Below, piece by piece: positions 46,401 to 58,453 of a DNA stretch of 64,000 nt. The notes beneath the pieces are model-generated. The model was given only the letters and a program-made list of their open reading frames with translations, was not told where the DNA came from and did no database searches. Source of the stretch: Bilabrum cf. latius (taxonomy: Eukaryota); NCBI GenBank assembly GCA_965178125.1, contig OZ237751.1, forward strand, positions 186,001 to 250,000, written 5' to 3'. The stretch's first letter is position 1, and each line of letters begins with the position of its first letter. The position numbers and the translations under genes were made by a program.

Positions 46401-49076
46401 TAGGTTGCGCTGCTTCTCCTGGTACTCCTCCGGACTCGTCTCGCGGCGGGCAGCGCGAGCCGCCTCGGCCTCCATTGCTGCGCGCACAGGTTGCGCGTCT
46501 GCATCCAGCTGCCTCAGCTTTTCCTGCTCCTGTTCCCTGCTCAGGGGAACGACAGGGGGCATGGATGATGCCCCGCTGCTGCCGCGGATGATCCTAACGT
46601 CAGCCAGGGTTCCTGAAACTGATCCTGCCTCCCCGCCGGACAGAGGAGCAGCCCCTACTAGTGGTCTGGCTCGAGAGCTGCTGCGAGCTCGCTTGTTCCC
46701 TCCAAGAGGACCCGCTGGTTGAGGGGGCACCCTCCTTCCCGCGGCCGCGTGCCACCTCTGCTCGCCCTCTCGCTTGAACGCCACCACGACATCCGACCCG
46801 GGAGGCACCGCCCCCACGGCCACATCACGCAGTGACTCGAGCGACTGCCCCTTAAGCTCGCTCACCAGCGCCAGCGCGGCCCGAGCATCCCGCACGGCCC
46901 TCGCCCGCTCCCTCCACAGCTGCAGCGCCAGTCCGCTTGCCCCCGTGTCCCCCACCAGAGCGGGTGAGGGACCCCTGCGCGCCAGCATGTCCGCCAGCCC
47001 CTCTGCGATGCCCTGCTGCCTGCTGACCGACCTGGCCAGCGCCGCCGCTCTCAGCCGAAGGAGGGCAGCCTCACGCGCCGCGTCCTCGCTCTGCCTGGCC
47101 GGGCCCCTGCTCGCCAACTTGAGGAGCGCGATGGACCGGGCCTGTGCCTCGGCCCGACCGCGGGCCTCCCTGAGCTCTGCCCGCGTGCGCGTGAGCTCTG
47201 CCAGAGCCTTCTTCAGGGCCTCGGCCTCCCTGGCCTCTCGCGCCGCGCGCCGCTCCACCTCCTCACAGGCGGCGCGGTCTGCGGCTTGCAGCTCGGCAGG
47301 AGGCACTTCCTCTTGTTCTTGTTCTTGCTGCTGCTTTCGTGGCTGCTGCGATTCATCCTTTGCCTGCTCATCCGCCTAGGAAGGAGCCGATCCCTTCCCT
47401 CTGTCTTGGTCTTGGCCGCGGTCGGCTGGCTGGGGAGAAGGATGGTGAGGCAGAGGCTGGTGCATGCGCACGTTGACTCTCGTGTCGTGCACCTCCGACT
47501 CCTCCTCCTCGCTGTAGCCACCGCTGCCGCTGCTGCCGCCCTCCTGGCGATGGTGCACCACCTGCGCCGCAGTGCCGTGCATTTCGGAAGCCGCTGGCCC
47601 GCCATCCACTCCCGCACCACCGTGCCCTGCAGTCGTGCCCAGCACGTTCACCACGATGGAAGACCGCCGGCCCCTGCGCCTGCCCGAGGGCCTCCTCCTC
47701 GCCTCCAGCTTGCCCGCCTCTAGCTCCGCGGCCAGCTCCGCCTTCTTGGCCGCCTCCTCTAGGGCCTATGCCCGTGCCACTGCCGCTGCCTCCGAGGCCC
47801 TCAGCTCCCCCTGTTGTTCCCTGGCCCTCCGGAGCTCTTCCTCGAGCCGAGCCACGGCCTGCTGGAGCGTATCCTTCCCCTCTGTCGAGTGGCTCTGCAG
47901 CTCCTGCAGACGCGCAGTGGCACCCTCCAGCCGTGCCTCCACCGCGGCCAGCGCCTGCTTGCCCTCCCGCGCATCCTCCTCGACGCGCCCCAGCGCAGCG
48001 CTCGCCTCCTCGGCCCGCCGATCGGAGGTCTCTCTCGCGGCCTCGGCGGCCTTGCAGCGCTCCTCCCACCGGGCGGAATCGGTGGCCGCGTTCGCCTGCT
48101 GCAGCGAACCTTCCTTGAGCTCGTCCAGCGCTTCCCTGAGGCGAGCCGCCTCCTCCCTCGCCCGCTCCCTCTCCCTCTCCGCCTGCTCGCACCTCGCCCT
48201 GGCTTCCGCAGCAGATGCTTCCGCCTCCTTGCGGAGCCGGCGGTCCACGTCCGCCTCCCTCTTGGCCTGGGACAGCGCTGCCCGCGCCTCGGTGGCGTCA
48301 GCGCGGGCGTCCTCTGCCAGCCTCGCGCTCGCCTCCGTCTGCTCGAGCAACTGCTTGCGCTCGGCGGCTGCCCGCGCCGCGGCCTCTTTCCTGGCATCTA
48401 GAGACCGCTCCAGCCGCTCGTGCGCCTCCGCGGCGCGGGTCTCTGCCTGCTCCCGCTGCGAGCGAGCAGACTGCAGCTGGTCGCGCACCTCCTCGAGCAC
48501 CTGCTCCGAGCTGCCCACCGCGCGCCGCAGCTGCGCGACGCGCGCGAGCGCAAGGGATGATTCCCGCTGTGCCGCCTCAAGATCTTCTTCCAGGCGGCTG
48601 ATCTTGTCTGCCTGCCTAGTCTCGGCGGCGCGCGAGGATTCCAGCTGTGCGAGCACCCTGTCCCGCTCTGCGCGGGCCTCGTCCGTCTCGTAGCGGGATT
48701 TCGCCGCGCGGTCCTGTGCGCGAGTAATAGCGAGCTGCACGGAAGCGGTGCCCCTCGCCCGGCGCTCGTCGGGCTCGTCGGGCTCCACTGCGGCGGCAAC
48801 CCCGCTGAGCGGATTGCCAGGCTTGCCGCTATCCTGCCTCCGCGCCAAAGCATCGCGCCTGGGATGAATTAAAGGGGCCTGCCTAGATCCCAAGCTGGCC
48901 GGACTGCGAGTCGTTCGGCCTCTGGTTGGCCCATAGTCTTTGCCAAAGCCCTTGGGTCGATTGGCGCCAGCTCGAGCCCTTGGGCTTGCAGTCGTATCAA
49001 TCGGAGACGTGCGCTGGTCATCGGACCCGCTAGCCTCAAGATCTCCCCAGTTTAAGTCTTTGCCTGGGCGGCTCAT
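40476..49076 (-). CDS. Large hypothetical protein (~2,870 aa) with N-terminal coiled coils and Ala/Gly/Arg-rich low complexity; 5 in-frame TAG; alternative start 49127
   Basis: Pieces ending at 47766, 47376, 45240, 43953 and 40476 share one frame. TAG at 47766, 47376, 45240, 43953 and 43929; TGA at 40476. Long EAR-rich heptads at ~47700-48700. Confidence 0.75.
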
Positions 49077-49546
49077 TGAGTTTTGGCCTACCTTTCCGCA
49101 AAGAAGGCGGGAATTGCACTTTGTCATTTTTTCGACCGTTCGGTACTTTGTTGCGTGTCAATTCAAGTTGGGCAGAGCGGCTCTCCTTAGCCTGCTGCAG
49201 CAGAACTGGTGGGGTGGGCTCTTTGAGTGTACCTTGAACCGCATTCTGTACTATGTGGATTGGGAGATATGTTGGCAGGATCGCTCCATTTTCTCGCTTG
49301 TATCAGGCCGTCGCACCGCGGTCGAACTGCAAGATTTTGGTCGCAAGTCTGCGTTCCACCACAATGAGGCAATCGCAGCAGTTCTGGACGACCCCACTAG
49401 CGTGTAGCAGCCCATGCGTCCCTGCGCGCTAGAAATGTAGTTCAAAACAACACAACAAGCTTCTGTTTGGCTACCCTACGACTCGGAGCCAAAATCATCG
49501 TGGCCAAGCGTGCGATCAACTGCAAGTCATATTTCACTTCCAAAAT

Positions 49547-50536
49547 ATGTTCAGAAAGATTGCACTGGGAGGAGTCGCGGCGGGCCTTGGAGTAGCTTAT
49601 TACTTGAATTCAACAGTTCGCGCGGCCAAAGTACCAACAGCAAGCATTCTGGCCAGGGAGCGCGCCAGACCTTCCGGTGGCGATGAGACCCAATACACCG
49701 ACTGCTTCAAGGTGAAGCTCTCCCCGAGATGCGCAAATCTGCCCCCAGGCACCATCGCTGCGTGTCTATTTGGCTCTGTTCCGCTCGGATCCATCGAGAT
49801 TCCCCTTCTGTCACGGCTGCAAGGGGGCTCGGTGGCTTGTCACGCAGAGTTCTACACGAGCGACGACGTGCTTCATTCGCGATTGCCAGGTTTTCAGAAG
49901 GCTGGAGGCCCGACGCACGACGATCATCCCGACGGATCTATAAACGAATACTTCTACAATAGGTTCAAGTTCTCTGATGCCATTGCGCTGGGCCTTGTAG
50001 ACCTTCGAAGCATCACAGAGTTCCATCTTGCAGAGGCGAGATCACGTGGCGAGGTCCTAGTGTACGCGAGACGAGAAGCCGACGGAACCCTCTCTGGAAG
50101 AGGCAATCTAGCATCAGGTAATCAAGGTGTCCCTGCGCCTGAACCAGCCGCCAAAGGCATTTTGGACGAAGTCTGCTTCAGATCGGGAGAGCAGTTGCCG
50201 TTCACCACAAGTACTTGGGCTGCGGTACGGCAAGTTCCTCCCTACAGCCCCCCTGGCACCAAGCATCGTCCAGATGAGAGCAGTATCACTGCTTCCGGGG
50301 AGAAAGAGGTCGAGCTCATGTTCGGGTCGCACGCAAGGATGCGCGGACCGGTGGTACCCAAGAGTTTTCCTGGGGCTAACCTGCTAGAAAAGGGGCTATT
50401 TTGGTTCCACGACCTGTACTCCAAGATCATAATTGTGGCTGTAGCCAACGAGGTCGAGCGAAGAGCTAAAGAGATAGAGGTCTCCGGCGAAGCTGGCCTG
50501 AAATCTCGCTGGTCAAGCGACGGCTGGCGGGAGTGA
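49547..50536 (+). CDS. Hypothetical 329-aa protein with N-terminal hydrophobic anchor, possibly DUF2867-like
   Basis: Uninterrupted ATG..TGA ORF; MFRKIALGGVAAGLGVAYYL; YTDCFKV, ELMFGS and FHDLYSKIII motifs recall DUF2867-type proteins (family call tentative). Confidence 0.7.
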   Translation: MFRKIALGGVAAGLGVAYYLNSTVRAAKVPTASILARERARPSGGDETQYTDCFKVKLSPRCANLPPGTIAACLFGSVPLGSIEIPLLSRLQGGSVACHAEFYTSDDVLHSRLPGFQKAGGPTHDDHPDGSINEYFYNRFKFSDAIALGLVDLRSITEFHLAEARSRGEVLVYARREADGTLSGRGNLASGNQGVPAPEPAAKGILDEVCFRSGEQLPFTTSTWAAVRQVPPYSPPGTKHRPDESSITASGEKEVELMFGSHARMRGPVVPKSFPGANLLEKGLFWFHDLYSKIIIVAVANEVERRAKEIEVSGEAGLKSRWSSDGWRE

Positions 50537-50687
50537 GATCTACTGATTGGCTGCTGATGGCTGTGCCAGGGGCGCCTGATGCTGCCCGCTGCCAGGTCGG
50601 ACCATGCAACCACATATCACGGGTGACAAAACATGGCATGTATGCATGAGCTGTGCGCCACAGATACAATGCCGACAACAAGATACT

Positions 50688-50817
50688 ATCCAATGCCAGT
50701 GCGGCAGTCAATGCCACACCCACATGCGCAGCCAGAGCGGCCACAGCCCCAGATCCAATGCCAGTGCGGCAGTCAATGCCACACCCACATGCGCAGCCAG
50801 AGCGGCCACAGCCCCAG
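50688..50817. repeat. 65-bp perfect tandem duplication spanning the myotubularin stop codon
   Basis: atccaatgccagtgcggcagtcaatgccacacccacatgcgcagccagagcggccacagccccag occurs at 50688-50752 and 50753-50817. Confidence 0.93.
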
Positions 50818-53800
50818 CGCGCGCGGCCTGGGGTCAATCCTCCGCCCCTGCTCGACAACACCGCCACCCACGTGCAGCAGTTCCGCCGCATGTCGCGCGC
50901 TTGCCTCCATGCTGCGCCGGGCCTTTCTAGCCGACCCGCTGCCCTCCAGCCAGCCCAGCTGTGCCTCCACCGCAGCCTCGTGCAGCTCCCCAGCAAGCAC
51001 CTCTGCGCCCTCCAGCCCAGTGCCACCTGTACCCCCATCTCCATCTCCATCTCCATCACGCCCACGCCCTGCAAGCGCTCCCCTCTGCAGCCCCGGGCTC
51101 GGTATGTCGTACCCCCGGTTGAGGTACGGCCGAGGGTCCGCCGCCACCACGCTCCACACGTGCATGGTGGTGCCCACCGTCCCAGCCGCGAATCTCTGCT
51201 GCTCCCTGTCGTGCATCCACGAGCCGCTGCGGCCAGCATATGCCTCCCGAGCCAGCAGCGCCAGCAAATTCTCATTAAACTCAAACGCGTGCGGCAGCTG
51301 CCTGCCCATCTGCCAGGCGCAGTCCAGCAGCTGCAGGATAATGGGTGCCCTCTGAGAGTCGCCTGACTTGCTCCTCACGTGCCCGCACCCGATCCCGTGC
51401 CTGCGGGCCAGCTGGTGCCCCCAAGCCCTAAACTCCCGATCGATGACCTCCATGAACCCCACCACGGTGCGGCAGTAAGGATCCACCAGCACCTGCGCGA
51501 GAGCGCTCAGCTGCGCGGTCCGGTCCCAGCCATCAGAGCACGACACCTTGCAGGGGTGCCCCGCCGCGAGTGCTTCCGCCACCCGCACAGACCCAGCCAG
51601 CACCGACGACACGCACTGCATCCACGCCGTCGAGCGCGCGATGGGAAGCATGTCCCTGAGCATCCTGCTGGCCTCCGCCTGCGACACTAGGTCCCGGCCC
51701 CGCGCATCCAGCTCCACCAGGGAGTGCCCTCCTGCTGCGACTGTGCCTCTGTCGCTGTCCCTGTCCTTGCCGTGCGACTCGCCTGCTCCGCTAGCTGTCC
51801 CGCTGCTGCTGCGGTCGTCGTTGTCGTCGTCGCCGGACTGCAACGCTGCAGAGGACGAGGACGCCTTGCCGCGGGCCGTGTTCGCGCCGCTAGCCCCTCC
51901 ATCACCAACCCCTTCACCGCCAACACCGCCCGCTGCATTTCCTGCGCTGCTGCTGCCGGTGCGGTGCTCTTGTACCCTGGCCTGCAGGCGCTTGGCCCAG
52001 ATTGCGGCCCGCAGACTCGCCGACCCGCCGACCGGGTCCCTTCTCCCGCGCACGCCTCCCCTGCCGAGCCCGACCGTGGATGAGGAGTGGATGAGGCCCA
52101 GCATCGGGTCGGCAGGGGAACTTGCAGCTCGGAGCATCGATGGGACAGACAAGGGACTCGCGCCGGCTGCTTGACCCCCGGCTGCTCCCAGGTCACCGAC
52201 GTCGTCACTGCCCCATGTCACGATGCGCCCAGCACGGGGAGAGTCCAGCTCGCCGCCCATCCTTGCCTCTTGCCCCATGCCTGCGTCACTGTCCTCGTCC
52301 TCATCGTATTCTTCTGGAATCGCGCCATCCATCTCGCCCTGCCCGCGCCCGGCACTGCCACCCCGTGTGGAGGCATGAAGCCCCGTGCGCTCCCCACGCA
52401 GCAGCGCAGTCCGGAGGCCGCTGAGGGCCTTGCGAACAGCGTGAATGTTCGCAATATCAAGAAAATGCAGCTTGGCCGCGCCCCCGCAGTATCTCTCGAA
52501 CGCCTCAAAGCCGCCGCCATTCGCGCGGTTAGCCTATGCGTTGAGAAGGGGCCGGGCATCGAACAGGTTCATCACTGGGGCCGACATGGAGCCCGTGGAT
52601 TGCCCGAGCATGAAGTGCGATGAGCGCGCTGGGACAGCCGAAGCAATCCCGCCGCGGGCTGGCGCTATCCCACCGGCGGCGACAGGGCCGCCCAGCCCTC
52701 CGCTGCCGCTGCCCCCTGGCCCGGCCAGCACCGGCCCGGTCCCGCGGTCCCTGTCGCTGCCCTATGCGGGGCCCCCGTCCGACCACCGCCTCGCCTGGCT
52801 ACTGTCCCTCTCCCTCAGCGCAGGCCGATAAGCCTCCATGAACAGCGCCTCGTCGTGAGCTGACACCGCGCCCATGATCCCGGATCTGGCCTGCGCGCTC
52901 CTCAGCAGCGCAACGCCCCTGTGGAACCAAGCGACCACGGGCAGCCGGTGCCGAGCACGGTATGCCGCTGCCCCCCGCAACATTTCCGGGGTCGCAGCCG
53001 CAGGCACGATGTACTCGGCAGGGTACGACTCGCACAGCTAGAAGCCCTCGTTGGTGGAGGAGTCCACACGCCAAGGGCACCCAGGCAGAGTCACACCACC
53101 TCCATCGCACAAGACCTGCTTGGCCGGCTCCCGACCCAAGAGCCGCGCAAAATGCCTACGCACGTCGTAGAGCTTCCAGCCCAGAGCAGTGCTGCTCGGC
53201 GGCTTCGGTATCGTGGCAACCAGACCCGCACCTGCTCCCGCGTGGTACTGCTGCAGCCTCCAGAACTCGAGCGCAAACAGGGGCGGGTCATGCTTCGCGA
53301 AGGCCACCTGCTCCACCACTCGCTCCAGCATCCCCGCGTCCACGGGAGCTGGCTCCCGCAGCGCCCGAAGCAGCGGCCTCCCCCTGAGTGCAGCCTCCGC
53401 CCACACCTCGGCTTGCCCGTCAGGCACCTCGGCTGTGGAGCCTCCCAGTGCGCCCCCGCCGCTCTGCACCGTCACGGTGTGCCGCACGCTCTCCTGCCCC
53501 GCTGTGCTCACGGGGTCGAGCAGTAGCGCGAGAATGGTTGCGGATGCTGCCACAGTGGCATGCATTGAACGGGACCTGCGCAAACCATCCTCAGTCCCAC
53601 GGTCAGGCTCGCGACCAGGACCAGCGGCGGCAAACATGCCGTCTGCAAGCGCCGCTGTGTCTGCGCAAGTGTGGATCAGCCTGAGGAGAACCTCCCCGTG
53701 ATCCGACTAGATATCCTGCAAGCCATGATGATGCGCACCGCGACCGGTGGACTGGATCAACATGGACTGCACTTGGCACGGGCCCCCAACCGCGAACGAC

Positions 53801-56800
53801 GTGTCAAGCCGAAGCGACCTAAGATCCGTGCAGATGACGTGCAGCAGTGCGCGAGCAGGCGGCGCATCCGCAGGGCGTGCGCTATGCCTGTGCTTGGCCC
53901 ACTCCAACGTGGTCGGCAGGCGCTCCCCGTGGTCTCCCGCAGACGTCCCTAGCCCGGTGCCGCCAGCACCCGCGGCACGAGCAACTGCCGCGGCCTCGCG
54001 AGCGTGCTGTCCCAGTACCGCAATGGGGACTGCGCTCAGCTGGGCCGGAGGCGGCGCAACCACAACTTGAGGGTTGTCGCTGCCGACATCCCTTGCGCCT
54101 GCAGAGCTTCTCTGGTCAAGGCTCGCGTCATCGCCGGAGGATGCACCTGACCCAAATCGGCTGCGCTGCTTGCCTCCCTGGCTGCGGGGTCTGCTTGCAG
54201 CGGAGGAACCAGAGGCTGACTTGCCGACGGTTGATGAACCCTCACCGGCAGCCCCGCCAGCCCCCGACTCGGTCCGCAGCACGGCCACAGGGGCGGCTTC
54301 CACCATGGCAGGGGACTGTTCTGACGTGCTGCCTTTGCCCGTGCCGCCCAGCCCTTGAGCGCGGGCGGCGTGCTTAGCCTCGAGCTTGGTCGGGTCTGGC
54401 ATGATCTTGCTGGCTGCCACGCGGGCGATCGCGGTCAGCGGCAGCGTGATGCCTTCGTCTCGCCTGGCGGGACCCGTGTGCCCCTCGAAGCTGGCGCGAA
54501 GATGCACCCAGCTGCGCTCGTTCAGCGAGGCACCCACATTGGCTCCGCTCCCTGCAGCCTCACCGTCTCGAGCGAACGCTCGAGCCGCGTGCTGCCTCTC
54601 CCTGTACAGCGCAGGGTGAGCATGACTCTCCCTGCACAGCCTACGGATAGTCTCATCGATGGTGGCGCGCTGCTGCGTCTCCTCTGAACCGGGGATGTGG
54701 TCCACGGAGCTGCTGCGGCTGCGGGCCATCTCCCTCCCGGACCGCGTGGAATCGCCCTCGCCTGCATCTAATTGTTTGCTCTTCTTGCGTTTCTTGTCCT
54801 TCTTGGGCTTCTTGGGCTTCTTCCTAGCGGTGGGGCTGCTCCTGCCGCTGCGTGCTCCTGCTGAAATCCCTTGGCTCTGCTATTTGGCTGCTTGTGGAAC
54901 AGATGCGCCGCCTGCAATGCCTTGGCTAACAGGCTCCATCGCTCCCCGAATCGATCGCAAACCCGCGGCCTACTGTCCTGCACGCGGGTCATTCTACTGG
55001 GATAGTTTCCATTCGACTCTTTCTCTCCTAGAGAGCTGCTACTGCTTAGCCTGTCCGCCCGATTCGCCCTGTCCCGGTCTCAGGGTCGGTTCACTATCCT
55101 CGCTGGAATGTGACACGAACACTCTCAACCGGTCGTGTAGGCCGATACTGTGGGTCCGATCGAGACTGCTACTGCTGCTGGTGCGGCTGCCAGTCAATGA
55201 AACGAGATGCTCCTTCGGGCTAGTGTCACCTGCATCTGGTGCGTCCTCCCCGCCGGCCTGGTGGACATCAATGCCCTCAACGAGTCGCAGCCTGCACGCC
55301 GGGTCCAGCACCTCCTCCACTAGAGCAGCGTACGGCAAAAAGTGCAGAGCATACGTGGTCACGAATAGCACCCCTGGCCTTCCTCGACTCGTCTCTCGCA
55401 CGCCGTGAGCAACGTACAGCGGCACTTCGCCATGCTGAAGCCTGCGGGCGAGAAGCCACCAGCCCTGCAGCACGAACCTGGAGAGAGCGGAGGGCAGCTC
55501 GGGCAGCCACCGCAACGCAGCGATGCACCCACTAGAGCTTCTGGGAGCATCCACCGCGCTGCTGCCGCTGCTGCTGTTATTGCTGCTACCGCCATCCCTG
55601 CCGGTGGCTCCTCTCGCAGGGGCAGGGCTCAGCTCCCTCACCGCACGGAGAGCCTCTGCCCTAGGAGGCACCCGCAGCACGGACGCAAACGGGGGCAGCC
55701 CCGCCTCTCGCACCCACGCGGGAAATACTCGGCCGATCCTATGCCCCGACGCGTCCAAGCCAGCCACCATAGTCCCAATGCTGCTGGCCCCCGCCGCCAG
55801 CATCGAGGGATCCACGGTCAGGTCCCAATCGGTCGACTCGAGCCTTGCCCTGGTGCTGAGGAGCATGGCAGTGGAAGACGGACCGCCCTCTCTCCATGCA
55901 TCGAATGCTTGCGCGCCCTCTCCCGCGCCAGCCTTGATCTGGGACCCAGGCACCATCGACCGCGAACTGCCTGGCCCAAGTAGCGCCGACACTCCCGCTG
56001 AAGTCGATCGCAGCACGCCCTCCTAGACCTACAGTGGTGCCAGTGGGGAACCCCTCCCGCTCGCCAAGTCGGCATCCGAGAGCTGTCTGTGTCTCACGAG
56101 GGGCGAAGGCTTGTGCACTGCCGGCGATCCGCTCCCGCCCAGCACGGCAGCTGTCCTGGCCCTGCTGCTCTCCCTGCCCCTCTTGAGGAGGCTTGGACCC
56201 TCCTCCGCGTCCGCCCCACCGGATGCCATCCTGCCTGCTGACACGCCGCTCCATCCCCTCTGCCTGGCGTTGATACGACGCGGGCGGGGTGGCGTGCAAT
56301 CCACAGCACTGCTGCTGTTCGCAGCTGGGTGAGCTCCGTGCCAGTGAGGTGCTGTCGGCAGCGGGAGCGTGCTCACTGGTGCTTCGGACTCTGACGGCAC
56401 GTCTGCTTCTCCTCTACCATCTGTCGCCCTAGCCGACTGCCCCAGTCCATTGTCTGCCCCGTACTCATCTTCTGACTCGTCCTCGCTCTCTTCGTGGCCC
56501 CGAGTTGCCTCGAGCGCGATGGCCCAGAACGGCAGCACGCGCCCGTCCAATCGAGCCGGCACCTCGACATGTGCAAGCTCACCGTCGCCCGCCCCCGAGC
56601 CACTTTTCCCCACCAGCCTCCCGCTGTGACTGTCCATTGGGCCCATCCCCTCTGGGTCGGTGTCCCTCGCGGCCAGCAGCATGGACAGGTCATCGGGCGC
56701 GTCCGACTGCTCGAGTTCCCTGGGAGTGGCCAAGAGAGCTAGGGCGGGGCACACGCTGCTGGGCGCTCGACGGTGGAGAAGCCTGTCTTTCCAGCCGATG

Positions 56801-58290
56801 CGGCGGCCGCTGCGCCCTGCCCGTCTGCCTGTCCCCACAGCCCCACTCTGGCCCGCCCCACCCGGATCATCCGGATCTAGGTCCCGTGCCCCGCCCCACG
56901 ATGCGCTCGAGGACGAAGCTCCCCTAAGAAGCTGCCTGACGCCACCAGGGCGCGCTTGCCTATCGTCAAAGAACGGCGCCCGGACGATCCAGCCGTGCTG
57001 AAGCCACTGGTGCCGCGTTGCCAGTTCATCGGTGGTACCTCCCCCGCTTCCCACTCCCTCTGCTGCATGTACGTCCTGGCCTCCCAACGGGCTACCGTAC
57101 ATGCTCCACCCGTCCGCTTTACCCCCGCTGCCTCTAGCACCGACAGGCCCCGACTAAACCCCGGGTGCCCCGTCGCCCGGCCCACCCCCGGACCCCCCCT
57201 CCCCACCACCACCGCTCATGCCTCCCCCAGCGACCCCATCGCTGGCTCCATGCAAACCACCCTGTGCCGCAAGCGGAGATATTATGCTCACCACCGAGTC
57301 GCCCCGCACCAAGTACTGCCCCTGCGCGCCCCTACCGCCCATGGGACTACCGTGCATCGGCCCGCCCAGCAGCGGCGCGGCACCGGATGGTTGCCCCGCG
57401 CCGCTTTGCGAGCCGGTAGTATGGGAGGGAGGCAGTGAGGGCGGGCGCGGCCTGGGAGTCGGGTCCGCGGGCCCAGCTGCGACCAGGGGTGGCATGGATT
57501 CGGAGCCAATATCGCTCGCCCGGCGGGCCCTCCACCCGAGTGCCCAGGCGACCCTCCAGCGCTGCAGCCGAGGCGCTGCCCTGGCCCTGGCGGCCTGCCG
57601 CGCGGCGGATGTGCGCCGCATGCCCGCCATGCCCAGCCTCTCACAGGTTTCTAGCTGTCCCAAGGCTGCCTCCGCCGCGATGAGCGTCATGTCTTCCTCG
57701 GTCGCAACCACCCTGCGCATGACCTCGTCCTGCAGCCGGAGCGCTTCCTGAGCCGCCTCCCTGTGGCGCTCCGCAAGCTCCGGTTCCTTTCGCGCGTCTT
57801 GGCCGCGCTTGAGCCTCTCTGAAAGGGTATTTCGCCTATCCAAAGTGTCATACAGCTCTTGTTTCAGCACTTTTGCCATGTGCAGATCCGGCGCGATACG
57901 CCCAAGCAGCGGCCCCAGCAACGAGGCAGCCAGCTCGTGGGCAACTGCGCGCTGGTACGCATCCCATCCCTGCAGTGATCCTCGTAGTTGTTGCAAAAAT
58001 GGTTGGTCGAAGGCTGCAGCCTGTTGCAACGTAGAATCTAGCATTCGCCTCAATGCTCCTATCGCCTTGTCAAACGCCATGAAAGCTTCCCTGTACCTAA
58101 TTACGACGGACACTGCCTCATCTACTTGTAATCTTAACTTCTTCATTTTATCTTTCAATGCTCGAAACGTCGCACTTGTATCGGTGGCAGACTGGGAAAA
58201 CATGGCATGACCCATTCGGCGCCATACATCCCATTTCCCTTGTCTCGAGAGATTTGCTGCGGCTGCAGGGTCTCCATCATACTAAGACAT
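50773..58290 (-). CDS. Myotubularin-family phosphoinositide 3-phosphatase (~2,505 aa) with N-terminal BAR-like helical domain and PH-GRAM-like segment; 12 in-frame TAG
   Basis: WRVDSSTNEGF*LCESYPAEYIVP, YRARHRLPVVAW, LLRSAQ, FDARPLLNA*ANRANGGGFE, FLDIANIHAVRKAL, catalytic SCSDGWDRTAQLSALAQVLVDPYCRT, RAPIILQLLDCAWQMGRQLPHAFEFNE. Eight ORF pieces lie in one frame from ATG 58290 to TGA 50773. Confidence 0.9.
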
Positions 58291-58453
58291 TAAACCTTTA
58301 AGATAGAGTGGGACAATACACGGGACACAGCTTCACAGGAACCGCAATACAAGATTTTTCGGAACTCCGGGTAGCAGCGAACCTTCTCTTGCAGGCATGA
58401 AGGTTCGCCAGACGTGTGTGACATGGGAGACTTTCTGTTCGCCCAGTTTAGCC

